Source: an uncultured delta proteobacterium (GTDB taxonomy: Bacteria > Desulfobacterota > Binatia > UBA9968). From it: a stretch of 64,000 nt of DNA. Position 1 is the stretch's first letter; every line of letters begins with the position of its first letter. The notes under the pieces are model-generated. The model searched no databases. It saw nothing but the letters and a program-made list of their open reading frames with translations, and was not told where the DNA came from. Positions 18,978-28,574 of the stretch are shown here, in pieces. Position numbers and translations under genes: made by a program. The stretch spans positions 12,272 to 76,271 of the forward strand of contig CAVTUQ010000017.1 of NCBI GenBank assembly GCA_963737905.1, given 5' to 3'.

Positions 18978-20873
18978 ATGAGTTGGCTTCAGAAACTCGA
19001 TGAAACTTACCAGAGATGTGCACGTAACCCAAGGTTCGTCGGCGAAGCGAAGCCGCTGTTGCCAATCAGCCATGCGACACAGCAAGCTCATGTCGAGATC
19101 GTCATAGACGATCAGGGGAAGTTTCGGCGGGCAACCGTTCTTCCCAAAGTAGAAACGATCCTGCCTGCTACGGAGCAATCGGCTGGCCGGTCCAGTGGCG
19201 AAGCACCGCACCCACTCTGCGATAAAATTCACTATTGCGCCGCCGACTATCCTAAGTATGGCGGTCAGAAACCTGCGTATTACGTCGGATACGCCGAACA
19301 GCTGTCGCAATGGTGCAATTCCAGCTTTTCTCACGCCAAAACCAAGGCTGTGCTCAAGTATGTCAGCAAAGGAACCGTCGTTGCTGATCTTCTCCGCGAG
19401 AAGATTTTGCACGTGGGCGATGACGGGAAACTCGTGACTTCTTGGGACTCCGATGCCCCTGGACCCGACATATTTAAGTATTTGGCTGCCAAGAAAGAGT
19501 CAGGCGTCACGATTCGAGACCAAGGGGATGCGTTGGTACGCTGGCGCGTTGAGACGGTAGGAATTCCCTTGTCCGCAACATGGGAAGACCAAGACTTGAT
19601 GCAAGCTTGGATTGGCTTCTATGCAAGTCAGAAACAAAGCCGGGGGCTTTGTCAGGTGACTGGAGAAGAATCGATATTGGCGGATCAGCATCCTGCCAGG
19701 CTGAGGCACGGTGGAGACAAAGCGAAGCTGATTTCCTCCAACGATACTAGCGGATTTACTTTTCTCGGACGGTTTATTGATGCCGATCAAGCGTGCGGCG
19801 TAGGATTTGATGTCACCCAAAGAGCCCATAATGCTTTGCGCTGGTTGATTGGGCGACAGGCATACCGAACTGGGGATCAGGTTGTTGTGGCGTGGGCCGT
19901 GTCAGGTAAGCAGATTCCCGATCCTTTCAAAAACTCGCATGAGTTATTTGGTATTGAGACGCACCAACTGGAAGTAGAGCTGGCATTGCAAGGAGATGTG
20001 GGACAGGCGTTTGGAAGGAGACTCGCCCAGTTGATTGCCGGCTATCGAGCAGAACTCGGTTCGACCAATGAAATTGTCGTCATGGGACTCGACTCGGCTA
20101 CGCCAGGCCGTATGGCGATCACATTCTATCGGGAACTGAGAGGTTCGGAATTTCTCGAGCGCGTTCAAGCGTGGCATGAAAACCTTGCCTGGTTCCAACA
20201 CTATTCCAAAGAAATTCGCTTCATAGGAGCGCCGTCTCCTAGAGAAATTGCCGAGGTCGCTTTCGGGCGGCGATTGGACGACAAACTACGGAAAGCAACG
20301 GTAGAGCGCCTGCTGCCCTGCATTATTGACGGGCAGCCGATTCCTCGCGACCTCATGGAATCGGCGGTACGCAAAACCTGTAACCGGGCAGGTCTCGAAC
20401 CTTGGGAGTGGGAAAAGAACCTAGGCATCGCTTGCGCCTTATTCAGAGGTTATTTCGCAGAAAGGAGCTACCAGATGGCGTTAGAATCGAATCGGACCAC
20501 ACGTGATTATCTTTACGGCCGGCTGTTGGCAATTGCGGAACATATCGAAGACCGTGCACTTTATATCGCTGGTGAAAGACGGGATACGAGCGCAGCCAAG
20601 CTCATGCAACGTTTTGCCGACCGTCCCTACTCAACCTGGAGAACAATTGAGCTTTCGTTAGGACCATACAAGACACGTCTCCGTGCCAAGCGTCCATCGT
20701 TCCTGAATGAAATGGGAAGAAAGCTCGATGAGGTTATCGGCGCGTTTCATGAGCCGGATTTCACGGACGAACGACGGCTTTCCGGTGAATTCCTGCTTGG
20801 ATATCATTGCCAGCGACAGGCGTTGTGGGCCAAACCAGAGAACGGAACAGATGAAGAGGATAATGATAGCTAA
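18978..20873 (+). CDS. cas8c: Type I-C Cas8c/Csd1 large subunit
   Basis: MSWLQKLDETY, PHPLCDK, AKLISSND, YLYGRLLAIA, FLLGYHCQR. Confidence 0.95.
   Translation: MSWLQKLDETYQRCARNPRFVGEAKPLLPISHATQQAHVEIVIDDQGKFRRATVLPKVETILPATEQSAGRSSGEAPHPLCDKIHYCAADYPKYGGQKPAYYVGYAEQLSQWCNSSFSHAKTKAVLKYVSKGTVVADLLREKILHVGDDGKLVTSWDSDAPGPDIFKYLAAKKESGVTIRDQGDALVRWRVETVGIPLSATWEDQDLMQAWIGFYASQKQSRGLCQVTGEESILADQHPARLRHGGDKAKLISSNDTSGFTFLGRFIDADQACGVGFDVTQRAHNALRWLIGRQAYRTGDQVVVAWAVSGKQIPDPFKNSHELFGIETHQLEVELALQGDVGQAFGRRLAQLIAGYRAELGSTNEIVVMGLDSATPGRMAITFYRELRGSEFLERVQAWHENLAWFQHYSKEIRFIGAPSPREIAEVAFGRRLDDKLRKATVERLLPCIIDGQPIPRDLMESAVRKTCNRAGLEPWEWEKNLGIACALFRGYFAERSYQMALESNRTTRDYLYGRLLAIAEHIEDRALYIAGERRDTSAAKLMQRFADRPYSTWRTIELSLGPYKTRLRAKRPSFLNEMGRKLDEVIGAFHEPDFTDERRLSGEFLLGYHCQRQALWAKPENGTDEEDNDS
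20475..20873 (+). CDS. cas11: Putative Cas11c small subunit translated from an internal in-frame start in cas8c
   Basis: AAGGAG Shine-Dalgarno at 20462-20467, in-frame ATG at 20475 (MALESNRTTRDYLYGRLLAIAE). Confidence 0.7.
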   Translation: MALESNRTTRDYLYGRLLAIAEHIEDRALYIAGERRDTSAAKLMQRFADRPYSTWRTIELSLGPYKTRLRAKRPSFLNEMGRKLDEVIGAFHEPDFTDERRLSGEFLLGYHCQRQALWAKPENGTDEEDNDS

Positions 20874-20891
20874 GTTGGCCAAGGAGGAAAT

Positions 20892-21740
20892 ATGAGCACG
20901 TTGCAACAAAAGATAGACTTTGCCGTTGTTCTTCGCGTCAAGAACGCAAATCCCAACGGCGACCCTCTGAACGGGAACCGACCGCGCACGGACTATGATG
21001 GACTCGGCGAAATAACTGACGTGTGCATCAAGCGCAAGATCAGAGATCGGCTTCTCGAAAAAGGCAGCGCGATTTTCGTTCAGTCGGACGATAGAAAGGT
21101 GGACGACGCGAAAAGCCTGCGGGGTAGGGCCGAGGCTGCCCTTGGGAAAAAGCTTGGTTCCACCGACACAGCCAAAATCGCTTGTGAGAAATGGTTCGAT
21201 GTCCGTGCCTTCGGTCAGCTTTTCGCGTTTAAGTCTGACAAAAAAGGTAAGAAAAAAGACGAGGGTGATGATGGAGATACGGGCGTTTCCATCGGAATAC
21301 GCGGACCTGTCACAGTCCAATCCGCGTTCAGCGTAGAGCGTGTGAGTATTACAAGCACGCAGATTACGAAAAGCGTCAGCGGTGAAGGAGATGGTAGCAA
21401 GCGCAGTTCTGACACAATGGGTATGAAGCATCGTGTGGATCAGGGTGTGTATGTATTCTTCGGTAGCATGAACCCGCAGCTAGCGGAGAAAACCGGGTTT
21501 AGTGACGAAGATGCTGATGCAATCAAACAGCTATTACCACGGCTTTTCGAGAACGACGCTTCATCAGCCAGACCCGAAGGCAGCATGGAGGTATCTAAAG
21601 TGTTCTGGTGGAAGCATAACTGCAAAGCGGGACAATACTCCTCCGCCAAAGTTCACCGCACGTTGTCCGTCAAACCTGATGGCAGTTACGAACTCGGGAG
21701 TCTTGAAGGCCTGAAACCTGAAGAAATTGACGGCTTTTGA
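20892..21740 (+). CDS. cas7: Type I-C Cas7/Csd2 backbone
   Basis: NANPNGDPLNGNRPR, DVCIKRKIRD, DVRAFG, NDASSARP. Confidence 0.95.
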   Translation: MSTLQQKIDFAVVLRVKNANPNGDPLNGNRPRTDYDGLGEITDVCIKRKIRDRLLEKGSAIFVQSDDRKVDDAKSLRGRAEAALGKKLGSTDTAKIACEKWFDVRAFGQLFAFKSDKKGKKKDEGDDGDTGVSIGIRGPVTVQSAFSVERVSITSTQITKSVSGEGDGSKRSSDTMGMKHRVDQGVYVFFGSMNPQLAEKTGFSDEDADAIKQLLPRLFENDASSARPEGSMEVSKVFWWKHNCKAGQYSSAKVHRTLSVKPDGSYELGSLEGLKPEEIDGF

Positions 21741-21779
21741 GAAACATCGGATTCGTCAGTTCACGAAGCGAATTGAACC

Positions 21780-22403
21780 ATGAGCGCCAACATCGAAGAC
21801 GACCTCGTCATGATCTCCGCCCTGGAGCATTACAGTTACTGCCCGCGGCAGTGTGCGCTGATTCATGTTGAGCAAACATTTGACGAGAACCTTTATACGT
21901 TGCGCGGCCGGGTTGTGCATGAGCGGGTGGATGAGCCGTTGGCTGAATTTCAGGAAGGCGTGCGGGTCGAACGGGCGCTGCCGTTGTGGTCGAAACGGCT
22001 GGGGCTAATCGGCAAGGCGGATGTCGTCGAATTTCACGGTGTAATTCCCTATCCCGTCGAGTACAAGCATGGCTCAAAGCGTGAACGGGAGCATGACGAT
22101 CTGCAACTCTGTGCGCAGGCGATCTGTCTTGAGGAAATGGCCGGAAAAGCTGTTCCGAAGGGCGCGATCTTTTATCACAGCTCGCGCCGGCGGCGGGAAG
22201 TGGCATTTACAGACGCCCTTCGTACCGACGTAGAAGCCGCCACGGATGCGATTAGGACAATGATGAAGGAACAAAACCTGCCGCCACCTGTGAATGACAG
22301 CCGGTGCCGTCACTGTTCGCTTAAAGATTCGTGCATGCCTGCGGTTGTGGGGGAGAAGGCGAGGGCCGCTGCTTTGCTACGCAGCTTATTCGTGGCGGTT
22401 TAG
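21780..22403 (+). CDS. cas4: Cas4 RecB-like nuclease
   Basis: YCPRQ, GKADVVE, PVEYK, QLCAQ, C..CS....C Fe-S cysteines. Confidence 0.95.
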   Translation: MSANIEDDLVMISALEHYSYCPRQCALIHVEQTFDENLYTLRGRVVHERVDEPLAEFQEGVRVERALPLWSKRLGLIGKADVVEFHGVIPYPVEYKHGSKREREHDDLQLCAQAICLEEMAGKAVPKGAIFYHSSRRRREVAFTDALRTDVEAATDAIRTMMKEQNLPPPVNDSRCRHCSLKDSCMPAVVGEKARAAALLRSLFVAV

Positions 22404-22417
22404 TATATGAGGAAAAT

Positions 22418-23449
22418 ATGCATCAACTTCTGAATACCCTTTACGTAACCACAGAAAATTCTTTCTTGCGCCTCGATCATGAAACCCTGAAAGTAAGCGT
22501 CGAGAAGGAAACGAAGCTTCAGGTGCCGCTGCATCATCTCGGGGGCGTAGTTTGCTTCGGCGACGTGATGGTCAGTCCGGCGCTGATGCGGCGCTGTGGC
22601 GAGGATGGGCGCTCGCTGGTTTTGCTCGACCGTAACGGTCGCTTTAAAGCACGACTTGAAGGGCCGGTATCGGGTAACGTCCTTCTTAGGCGGGCGCAAC
22701 ATCAATGGTCGACCAACGCAGAAAAGTCGCTTGGCATCGCTAAGAAGATCGTTGCCGGTAAGATCCAGAACTCGAGGCAAGTTCTCATGCGTGCCGCGAG
22801 GGAAGCGGCGGATGCCGACGATGAAAAGGGTCTAAGAGAGGGCGCGGAGGCGCTAGCTGATGCGCTGGTACGGATTCCCAACGGCGACGATATCGATCAG
22901 CTTCGCGGATTTGAAGGGGAATCCGCCCGCGCATACTTCAACTGTTTCGATCACATGGTTCTCGAAGACCGCGAATCGTTTCGTCTCGACGGCAGAAACC
23001 GCCGCCCGCCTCTCGATCCAATGAATGCGCTTCTCTCATTTATCTACTCGATGCTGACGAACGACTGCGTTTCGGCAGCGGAAGGCGTAGGATTGGATCC
23101 TCAAGTCGGATTTCTGCACGTCCTGAGGCCGGGCCGACCGGCGCTTGCTTTGGATTTGATGGAAGAGTTGAGGGCGATTCTCGCGGACCGTCTGGCTCTG
23201 ACATTGGTGAATCGCCGGCAGGTGACCTCCGCAAACTTCGAAGATCGTCCAGGTGGTGCCGTACATCTCGGCGAAGAGGGAAGGAAGGTTGTAGTGGTCG
23301 CATATCAGACTCGGAAGCAGGAAGAAATCCTTCATCCGTTGCTGGAGCAAAAAGTTCCCTTGGGGCTTGTGCCGCATGTGCAAGCGCGTTTATTGGCGCG
23401 CGTCTTGCGCGGCGACATGGAGGAGTATGTTCCGTTTCTCTATCGGTAG
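22418..23449 (+). CDS. cas1: Type I-C Cas1 integrase
   Basis: LLNTLYVT, GNVLLRRAQ, LRGFEG, RRPPLDPMNALLSF, ALDLMEELR. Confidence 0.97.
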   Translation: MHQLLNTLYVTTENSFLRLDHETLKVSVEKETKLQVPLHHLGGVVCFGDVMVSPALMRRCGEDGRSLVLLDRNGRFKARLEGPVSGNVLLRRAQHQWSTNAEKSLGIAKKIVAGKIQNSRQVLMRAAREAADADDEKGLREGAEALADALVRIPNGDDIDQLRGFEGESARAYFNCFDHMVLEDRESFRLDGRNRRPPLDPMNALLSFIYSMLTNDCVSAAEGVGLDPQVGFLHVLRPGRPALALDLMEELRAILADRLALTLVNRRQVTSANFEDRPGGAVHLGEEGRKVVVVAYQTRKQEEILHPLLEQKVPLGLVPHVQARLLARVLRGDMEEYVPFLYR

Positions 23450-23457
23450 CTCTGACT

Positions 23458-23748
23458 ATGCTGATTCTTGTTTCCTACGACGTTTCAACGAAAACTGCCG
23501 AAGGCGAGAAACGTCTTCGCAAGGTAGCACAACTGTGTAAAGACTTCGGCCAGCGCGTGCAAAAATCAGTATTCGAGTGTTCTGTAGATCAGGCGCAGTA
23601 CGAGGATCTTGTTCGTCGCCTTCGTCAGTGTATAGAGGAGGATGAAGATAGCATCCGGTTCTATAGGCTCGTCGAGCCGCGTGATCGCTATATGAAAGTG
23701 TATGGTGTCAACCGTGATGTTGATTTTGAGGCGCCTCTTATTTTTTGA
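23458..23748 (+). CDS. cas2: Cas2
   Basis: LVSYDVST, GQRVQKSVFEC, DSIRFY. Confidence 0.97.
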   Translation: MLILVSYDVSTKTAEGEKRLRKVAQLCKDFGQRVQKSVFECSVDQAQYEDLVRRLRQCIEEDEDSIRFYRLVEPRDRYMKVYGVNRDVDFEAPLIF

Positions 23749-23936
23749 CTACTGGAACGCGAACCATGAGTGATGAGAAACAACGCATAAGGATCGCGGC
23801 AAGTTCAATCCCTGAAGAATTAAAGATTTTTCCGATGTCGTCGGCGATTGAGAACCACCTGGAAACGTCGGTGTCGTGGTGGTTCGCGCTTGGTGCCGAT
23901 AAAAATGAAAGGAGACAAGCACTTATCATATGCACT
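23749..23936 (+). promoter_or_regulatory. CRISPR leader
   Basis: Non-coding segment between cas2 and repeat 1; CGCGAACCA/TGGTTCGCG inverted motifs at 23758-23766 and 23880-23888. Confidence 0.8.
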
Positions 23937-25791
23937 GTAGCGCCCGCTCTTCGGAGCGGGCGAGGATTGAAACGTACCTGAGCGCCGTACTCCTGCGCGA
24001 TGTTGCCGTGTAGCGCCCGCTCTTCGGAGCGGGCGAGGATTGAAACATCTGATTTGGCTCCCGAAGCTACATCACTGCTGTAGCGCCCGCTCTTCGGAGC
24101 GGGCGAGGATTGAAACTCCATTCATACCGGAGGCTGCACGGTAGAAGCCGGGTAGCGCCCGCTCTTCGGAGCGGGCGAGGATTGAAACATAATGATCGTA
24201 CCGGAAATGCTTAAATCCTCTATCGTAGCGCCCGCTCTTCGGAGCGGGCGAGGATTGAAACCTACATATACGTGTGCCATCGTAGATCGGCATCAACATG
24301 GGTAGCGCCCGCTCTTCGGAGCGGGCGAGGATTGAAACATCCTGTCCGCCCTGCATCTAATATCGCCGGGTCAGGTAGCGCCCGCTCTTCGGAGCGGGCG
24401 AGGATTGAAACTGTCTGCGATGCAGCGAAGCTCGCCTACGCATGAGTAGCGCCCGCTCTTCGGAGCGGGCGAGGATTGAAACGTTCCTACCGCCGAGGCA
24501 CCCTGACGGGCAGGCACGTAGCGCCCGCTCTTCGGAGCGGGCGAGGATTGAAACGGTGGGGCGATATATCGGCAGCGAGTTTGCTGCTACGTAGCGCCCG
24601 CTCTTCGGAGCGGGCGAGGATTGAAACACGGTGGACAATGGAAGTCGCCACAATATTACCAGGTAGCGCCCGCTCTTCGGAGCGGGCGAGGATTGAAACT
24701 CACGGAGGTCAGTCACCACGCCATTGAGCCAGTTGGTAGCGCCCGCTCTTCGGAGCGGGCGAGGATTGAAACATTTTTAGCGACGTATCTGTCTAAGCTG
24801 CAAGGTAGAGTAGCGCCCGCTCTTCGGAGCGGGCGAGGATTGAAACGGGCGAAATCCACTATCGACGCAGGGTGAAACCGGGTAGCGCCCGCTCTTCGGA
24901 GCGGGCGAGGATTGAAACTATATTTTGTCATCGGTCCCCGCATCAGTCATTTAAGTAGCGCCCGCTCTTCGGAGCGGGCGAGGATTGAAACTTTTTGTAA
25001 CGAGATTACAGACCACACGACGCTTACTGTAGCGCCCGCTCTTCGGAGCGGGCGAGGATTGAAACTCGTTACAATAATCACAGTAGCACCGTAACAGGAT
25101 ACGTAGCGCCCGCTCTTCGGAGCGGGCGAGGATTGAAACCTTCATGGAAGTTACGCTCCAGAGTCTCATGCCGCGTAGCGCCCGCTCTTCGGAGCGGGCG
25201 AGGATTGAAACCCAACCTAAGTAATCAAAGCGAAACGCGGCGATAGTAGCGCCCGCTCTTCGGAGCGGGCGAGGATTGAAACCATGCAAATGGCTGCTAA
25301 TCATGCTGGAATTACCTAGGTAGCGCCCGCTCTTCGGAGCGGGCGAGGATTGAAACCTCGAATCCGCCTATTAGATCGGCCTTGCTGATTTTGTAGCGCC
25401 CGCTCTTCGGAGCGGGCGAGGATTGAAACACCAGTAACGGCAGCAGGCCACGCCCTAGGGGAGGTAGCGCCCGCTCTTCGGAGCGGGCGAGGATTGAAAC
25501 CCAACTGTTCTTTTGCGAGATGGGATCGACGCCGATGTAGCGCCCGCTCTTCGGAGCGGGCGAGGATTGAAACATTGCCTGCCACACAACTGAAGCGGCG
25601 GTTTTGTCGTAGCGCCCGCTCTTCGGAGCGGGCGAGGATTGAAACCGTGGGCGAATAACCTCGGGCTACAGGGGATAAACGGGTAGCGCCCGCTCTTCGG
25701 AGCGGGCGAGGATTGAAACCAGCCGTTGCTGATCGTGTTTGTGTGCCTGCGAGCGTAGCGCCCGCTCTTCGGAGCGGGCGAGGATTGAAAC
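23937..25791 (+). CRISPR. Type I-C CRISPR array, 26 repeats of GTAGCGCCCGCTCTTCGGAGCGGGCGAGGATTGAAAC (37 bp), 25 spacers of about 33-40 bp
   Basis: Repeats counted by eye from 23937 to 25755; 9-bp stem with TTCG loop and 3' ATTGAAAC end. Confidence 0.99.
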
Positions 25792-25865
25792 AATGCCGAC
25801 CCGTTGATTGTTCCTTCAATCGTTGGCTCGATCCCCGACCGTCCTAATGTGATACTCTCGCCCCG

Positions 25866-25990
25866 ATGGCGCGGGTAAAGCCAAGAACTATTCGCCTGAT
25901 TGGCCGGCTTCACGCATGCTTGTGGAAGCTAACCGACGGAAAACTAGGGAATGGGTTCGAAACGGCACCGTTCATGATCCTCACCACGTC
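25866..25990 (+). pseudogene. Truncated deazaflavin-dependent nitroreductase (DDN-like) N-terminus
   Basis: GRLHACLWKLTDGKLG...PFMILTT, then loss of the expected GRKSG motif and the rest of the domain. Confidence 0.55.
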
Positions 25991-26032
25991 TCCGGGTAAA
26001 TTCCACCGCAGGTGGAAAGCGCGATCGACCGC

Positions 26033-26470
26033 TCATCTTATCGGCCGGAACTTGGGCAGGGTATAATCCTCATTGTCTTCGTACACGACCTCCACCGGCA
26101 TGCCGATCTTGACTTCTTCCGGCGGGCATTCGATGACGTTGCTGATCAGGCGCGGTCCCTCGTCGAGATCGACCAACGAAACATTGTACGGCACTTTGCC
26201 TTCGTAGGACGGATGCCAGGCGCGGTTGTAGCTGACAAAGGAATAGACTTTGCCTTTGCCGCTGAGGGTTACCCATTCGTAGTCGGGCGACAAGCAGTGC
26301 GGGCACGATCCCTGCGGCGGAAAGGTGAATAATTGGCTGCACGCTTTGCAGCGCTGAGCCGACAGTTTGTGCTCTCGAAGGTTGGCCCAGAAAGGCTTGG
26401 CTTCAAGCTCCTCTAGAAAGGGTTTGACTTTGCGAATGGCTCGGCCGCGGCTATCACTGGATTCGCTCAT
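26033..26470 (-). CDS. Zn-ribbon/OB-fold (DUF35) protein
   Basis: PFW, QRCKAC, CPHC, SGKGKVYSF, PY..SLVDLDEGPR. Confidence 0.92.
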   Translation of the reverse strand: MSESSDSRGRAIRKVKPFLEELEAKPFWANLREHKLSAQRCKACSQLFTFPPQGSCPHCLSPDYEWVTLSGKGKVYSFVSYNRAWHPSYEGKVPYNVSLVDLDEGPRLISNVIECPPEEVKIGMPVEVVYEDNEDYTLPKFRPIR

Positions 26471-27621
26471 AGGGCCCCCAAAATGAGTGTTGCGTGCATG
26501 CACAAGCTGCCGCCATGGCCACTGACGATGCCGGCTTTGGCATCTTTCACCTGGCGCTCGGGTTCGACTTCGTTGCCGCGCAGCTGTTTCACGGCTTCCG
26601 TTACATGCAACATGCCTTCGATGTGCGCTTGCGACAGCAGACCGCCGTGCGTGTTGACCGGCAGCTCACCGCCGACTTCGATGCGGCCGTTCTTGACGAA
26701 ATCTCTGCCGTCGCCCTTTTTACAAAAGCCGTAATCTTCGAGCGTGATCATTGTCGTGATCGTGAAGCAGTCGTAGATCTCGGCGAAGTCCATGTCCTTT
26801 GGGGTGAGGCCCGCCTGTTTGTAGGCCAGCTCCGAAGATTTTTTGCCGCCGAGGGTAGTCAAAGTCGGCGCGTCCATCAAACTGAAGTGCGGGTGATGTT
26901 GGCCCATGCCCAGGATCGCCACGGGCCGCTTTGGAAAATCACGCGCGCGCTCGGCGCTGGTAACGAGAACCGCCCCGCCGCCGTCGGACTCCAGGGCGCA
27001 ATCGAACAGGCGGAGCGGATCGACGATGGTGCGCGATGCCTGGTGATCGGCGATGGTCATGGGCTTACGCATAGTCGCGTTCTGGTTCAAGCAGGCATGC
27101 TTGCGCGTCGCCACCGCGATGTGCGCGAGGTCTTCGCTGGTGGTGCCGAACTCGTACATGTGACGCTGGGCGGCAAAGGCATGATTGGCGACAGCGGAAA
27201 AGTGTCCCCACGGCTCTTCCCAGTGTTCGTCACCGTGTCGGATCGGATGGCCCGGCGTCGGATCGGGAGTGCCGCGCTTGCGCGCGTGCACGCACATAAC
27301 GGTGTTGGCCATCCCGGCTTCGATAGCCATCACCGCGTTCTGGACCATGGCGATGGGCGTCGCGCCGCCGAGGGCAAGATCCGTGGCATAGTTGGGACGC
27401 ATACGCGCCATGTTTGCCATCCTCACTGCGTAACTTCGGTGCGCATCGTTGAGCGGCTGGTTGGTGACGAATCCGTCGACGTCGGCGGCTTTGATACCGG
27501 CGTCGTCCAGACAAGCTTTGATGCATTCTAAATGGAGTGAATGTGTGCTGGCATCGGGTCGCTTGCCGACTTTGGTTTCCGCGACACTGACGATGGCGTA
27601 TTTCCCACTAATGTTTGCCAT
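26467..27621 (-). CDS. Thiolase-like protein (SCP-x/Ltp type)
   Basis: PLRLFDC, EIYDCFT, NTHGGLLS; coupled to the DUF35 gene. Confidence 0.9.
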   Translation of the reverse strand: MANISGKYAIVSVAETKVGKRPDASTHSLHLECIKACLDDAGIKAADVDGFVTNQPLNDAHRSYAVRMANMARMRPNYATDLALGGATPIAMVQNAVMAIEAGMANTVMCVHARKRGTPDPTPGHPIRHGDEHWEEPWGHFSAVANHAFAAQRHMYEFGTTSEDLAHIAVATRKHACLNQNATMRKPMTIADHQASRTIVDPLRLFDCALESDGGGAVLVTSAERARDFPKRPVAILGMGQHHPHFSLMDAPTLTTLGGKKSSELAYKQAGLTPKDMDFAEIYDCFTITTMITLEDYGFCKKGDGRDFVKNGRIEVGGELPVNTHGGLLSQAHIEGMLHVTEAVKQLRGNEVEPERQVKDAKAGIVSGHGGSLCMHATLILGAL

Positions 27622-27845
27622 AAAGCCCTCCGGTCGAAATCGTTGGAGTGTTGGGATACTGGCGTATCGCCGAAGGCGCAAAGTGCAGTACCCAAGCTTT
27701 CCATTACTCCAATCGCCGCAATATTTCCAATCTCCATCGCGTCCATTTCGATATCACCCGACGACCTGGAGTTTCCTCAGCGGAGGATCGGCTGGTGGTT
27801 TAGCGAGATTGCTGGATCCAAAAGGGGGAAAATATTAAAGTTAGC

Positions 27846-28574
27846 TCACGCTTTTAAACCGGCGAAGGCCGGTTCAATCCATTCATCCGGTAGCTCATTC
27901 ACCGAGGCGCGCAACCGCTCCTGCCACCAGTTGGAGGCATGCTCAAGATCTTTTTTTTCGTAGCGATGCTCGATGATCCGATAGCTGCCGCCCTTATAAA
28001 GAACGACGTCAATGGGAAAATCTACGCCCGCTGCGCTCACTCGGGTGGAGTCGAAGGCCAAACAGCCGACCTTGAGAGCGAAGCGCATCGGATCCTGGTA
28101 TTTGAGCGTGCGGTCGAGAATGGGTTTACCGTAACCCGACGCACCGATGATCTGATAGGGCGTGCCCTGGCCGACCTCGGTCCAGTTTCCTTGCGGGTAG
28201 AGTAGAAAAAGCTTGTGTTCTTTATCGTCTTCGAACTGGCCGCCGATCAGAGCTGAAAAATCAAAGCTCAAACCGCTTTCTTGGAGCGATCCCCTGTCCT
28301 CCTGGGCGACCCGGCGGATCTGCGCAGCAAAAAGATTGACCGCTTTGAACAGGTGGTCGAGCGGCTCCTCATGTTGCGCCATAGATTCTTCGAAATAAGT
28401 CACCGCTTTGTCCCTCAATGACCGTAGGCCCGCGGTCACCACAAACATCGCTTGACGATCTTGTTGGTAAACCGACACTTTTCGGGCCACCACCATCTCG
28501 TTGCCGGACAAAACCCGAGTGTCGGCGATGCCGACAAGGCCATCCGCTAATTTGATTCCCAAGCAGAAGGTCAT
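27846..28574 (-). CDS. Proteasome-type protease (Anbu)
   Basis: M-T-F-C N-terminal Thr nucleophile, ADTR, QIIG.SGYGKPILDR, FDST. Confidence 0.88.
   Translation of the reverse strand: MTFCLGIKLADGLVGIADTRVLSGNEMVVARKVSVYQQDRQAMFVVTAGLRSLRDKAVTYFEESMAQHEEPLDHLFKAVNLFAAQIRRVAQEDRGSLQESGLSFDFSALIGGQFEDDKEHKLFLLYPQGNWTEVGQGTPYQIIGASGYGKPILDRTLKYQDPMRFALKVGCLAFDSTRVSAAGVDFPIDVVLYKGGSYRIIEHRYEKKDLEHASNWWQERLRASVNELPDEWIEPAFAGLKA

Noticed and set aside
15767-23748. Missing cas6 as a novelty
   Set aside because: Normal for type I-C, where Cas5c processes pre-crRNA
23974-25754. Self-targeting or duplicated spacers
   Set aside because: None noticed by eye within the window; a proper alignment is needed to exclude them
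23738-25913. ORFs overlapping the CRISPR array (VSILARSEERAL, FQSSPAPKSGRY repeats)
   Set aside because: They are translations of the repeat, not genes
26494-27531. Long antisense ORFs (also 45300-46628, 4520-5410, 28844-29653)
   Set aside because: Shadow frames of well-supported genes in GC-rich DNA
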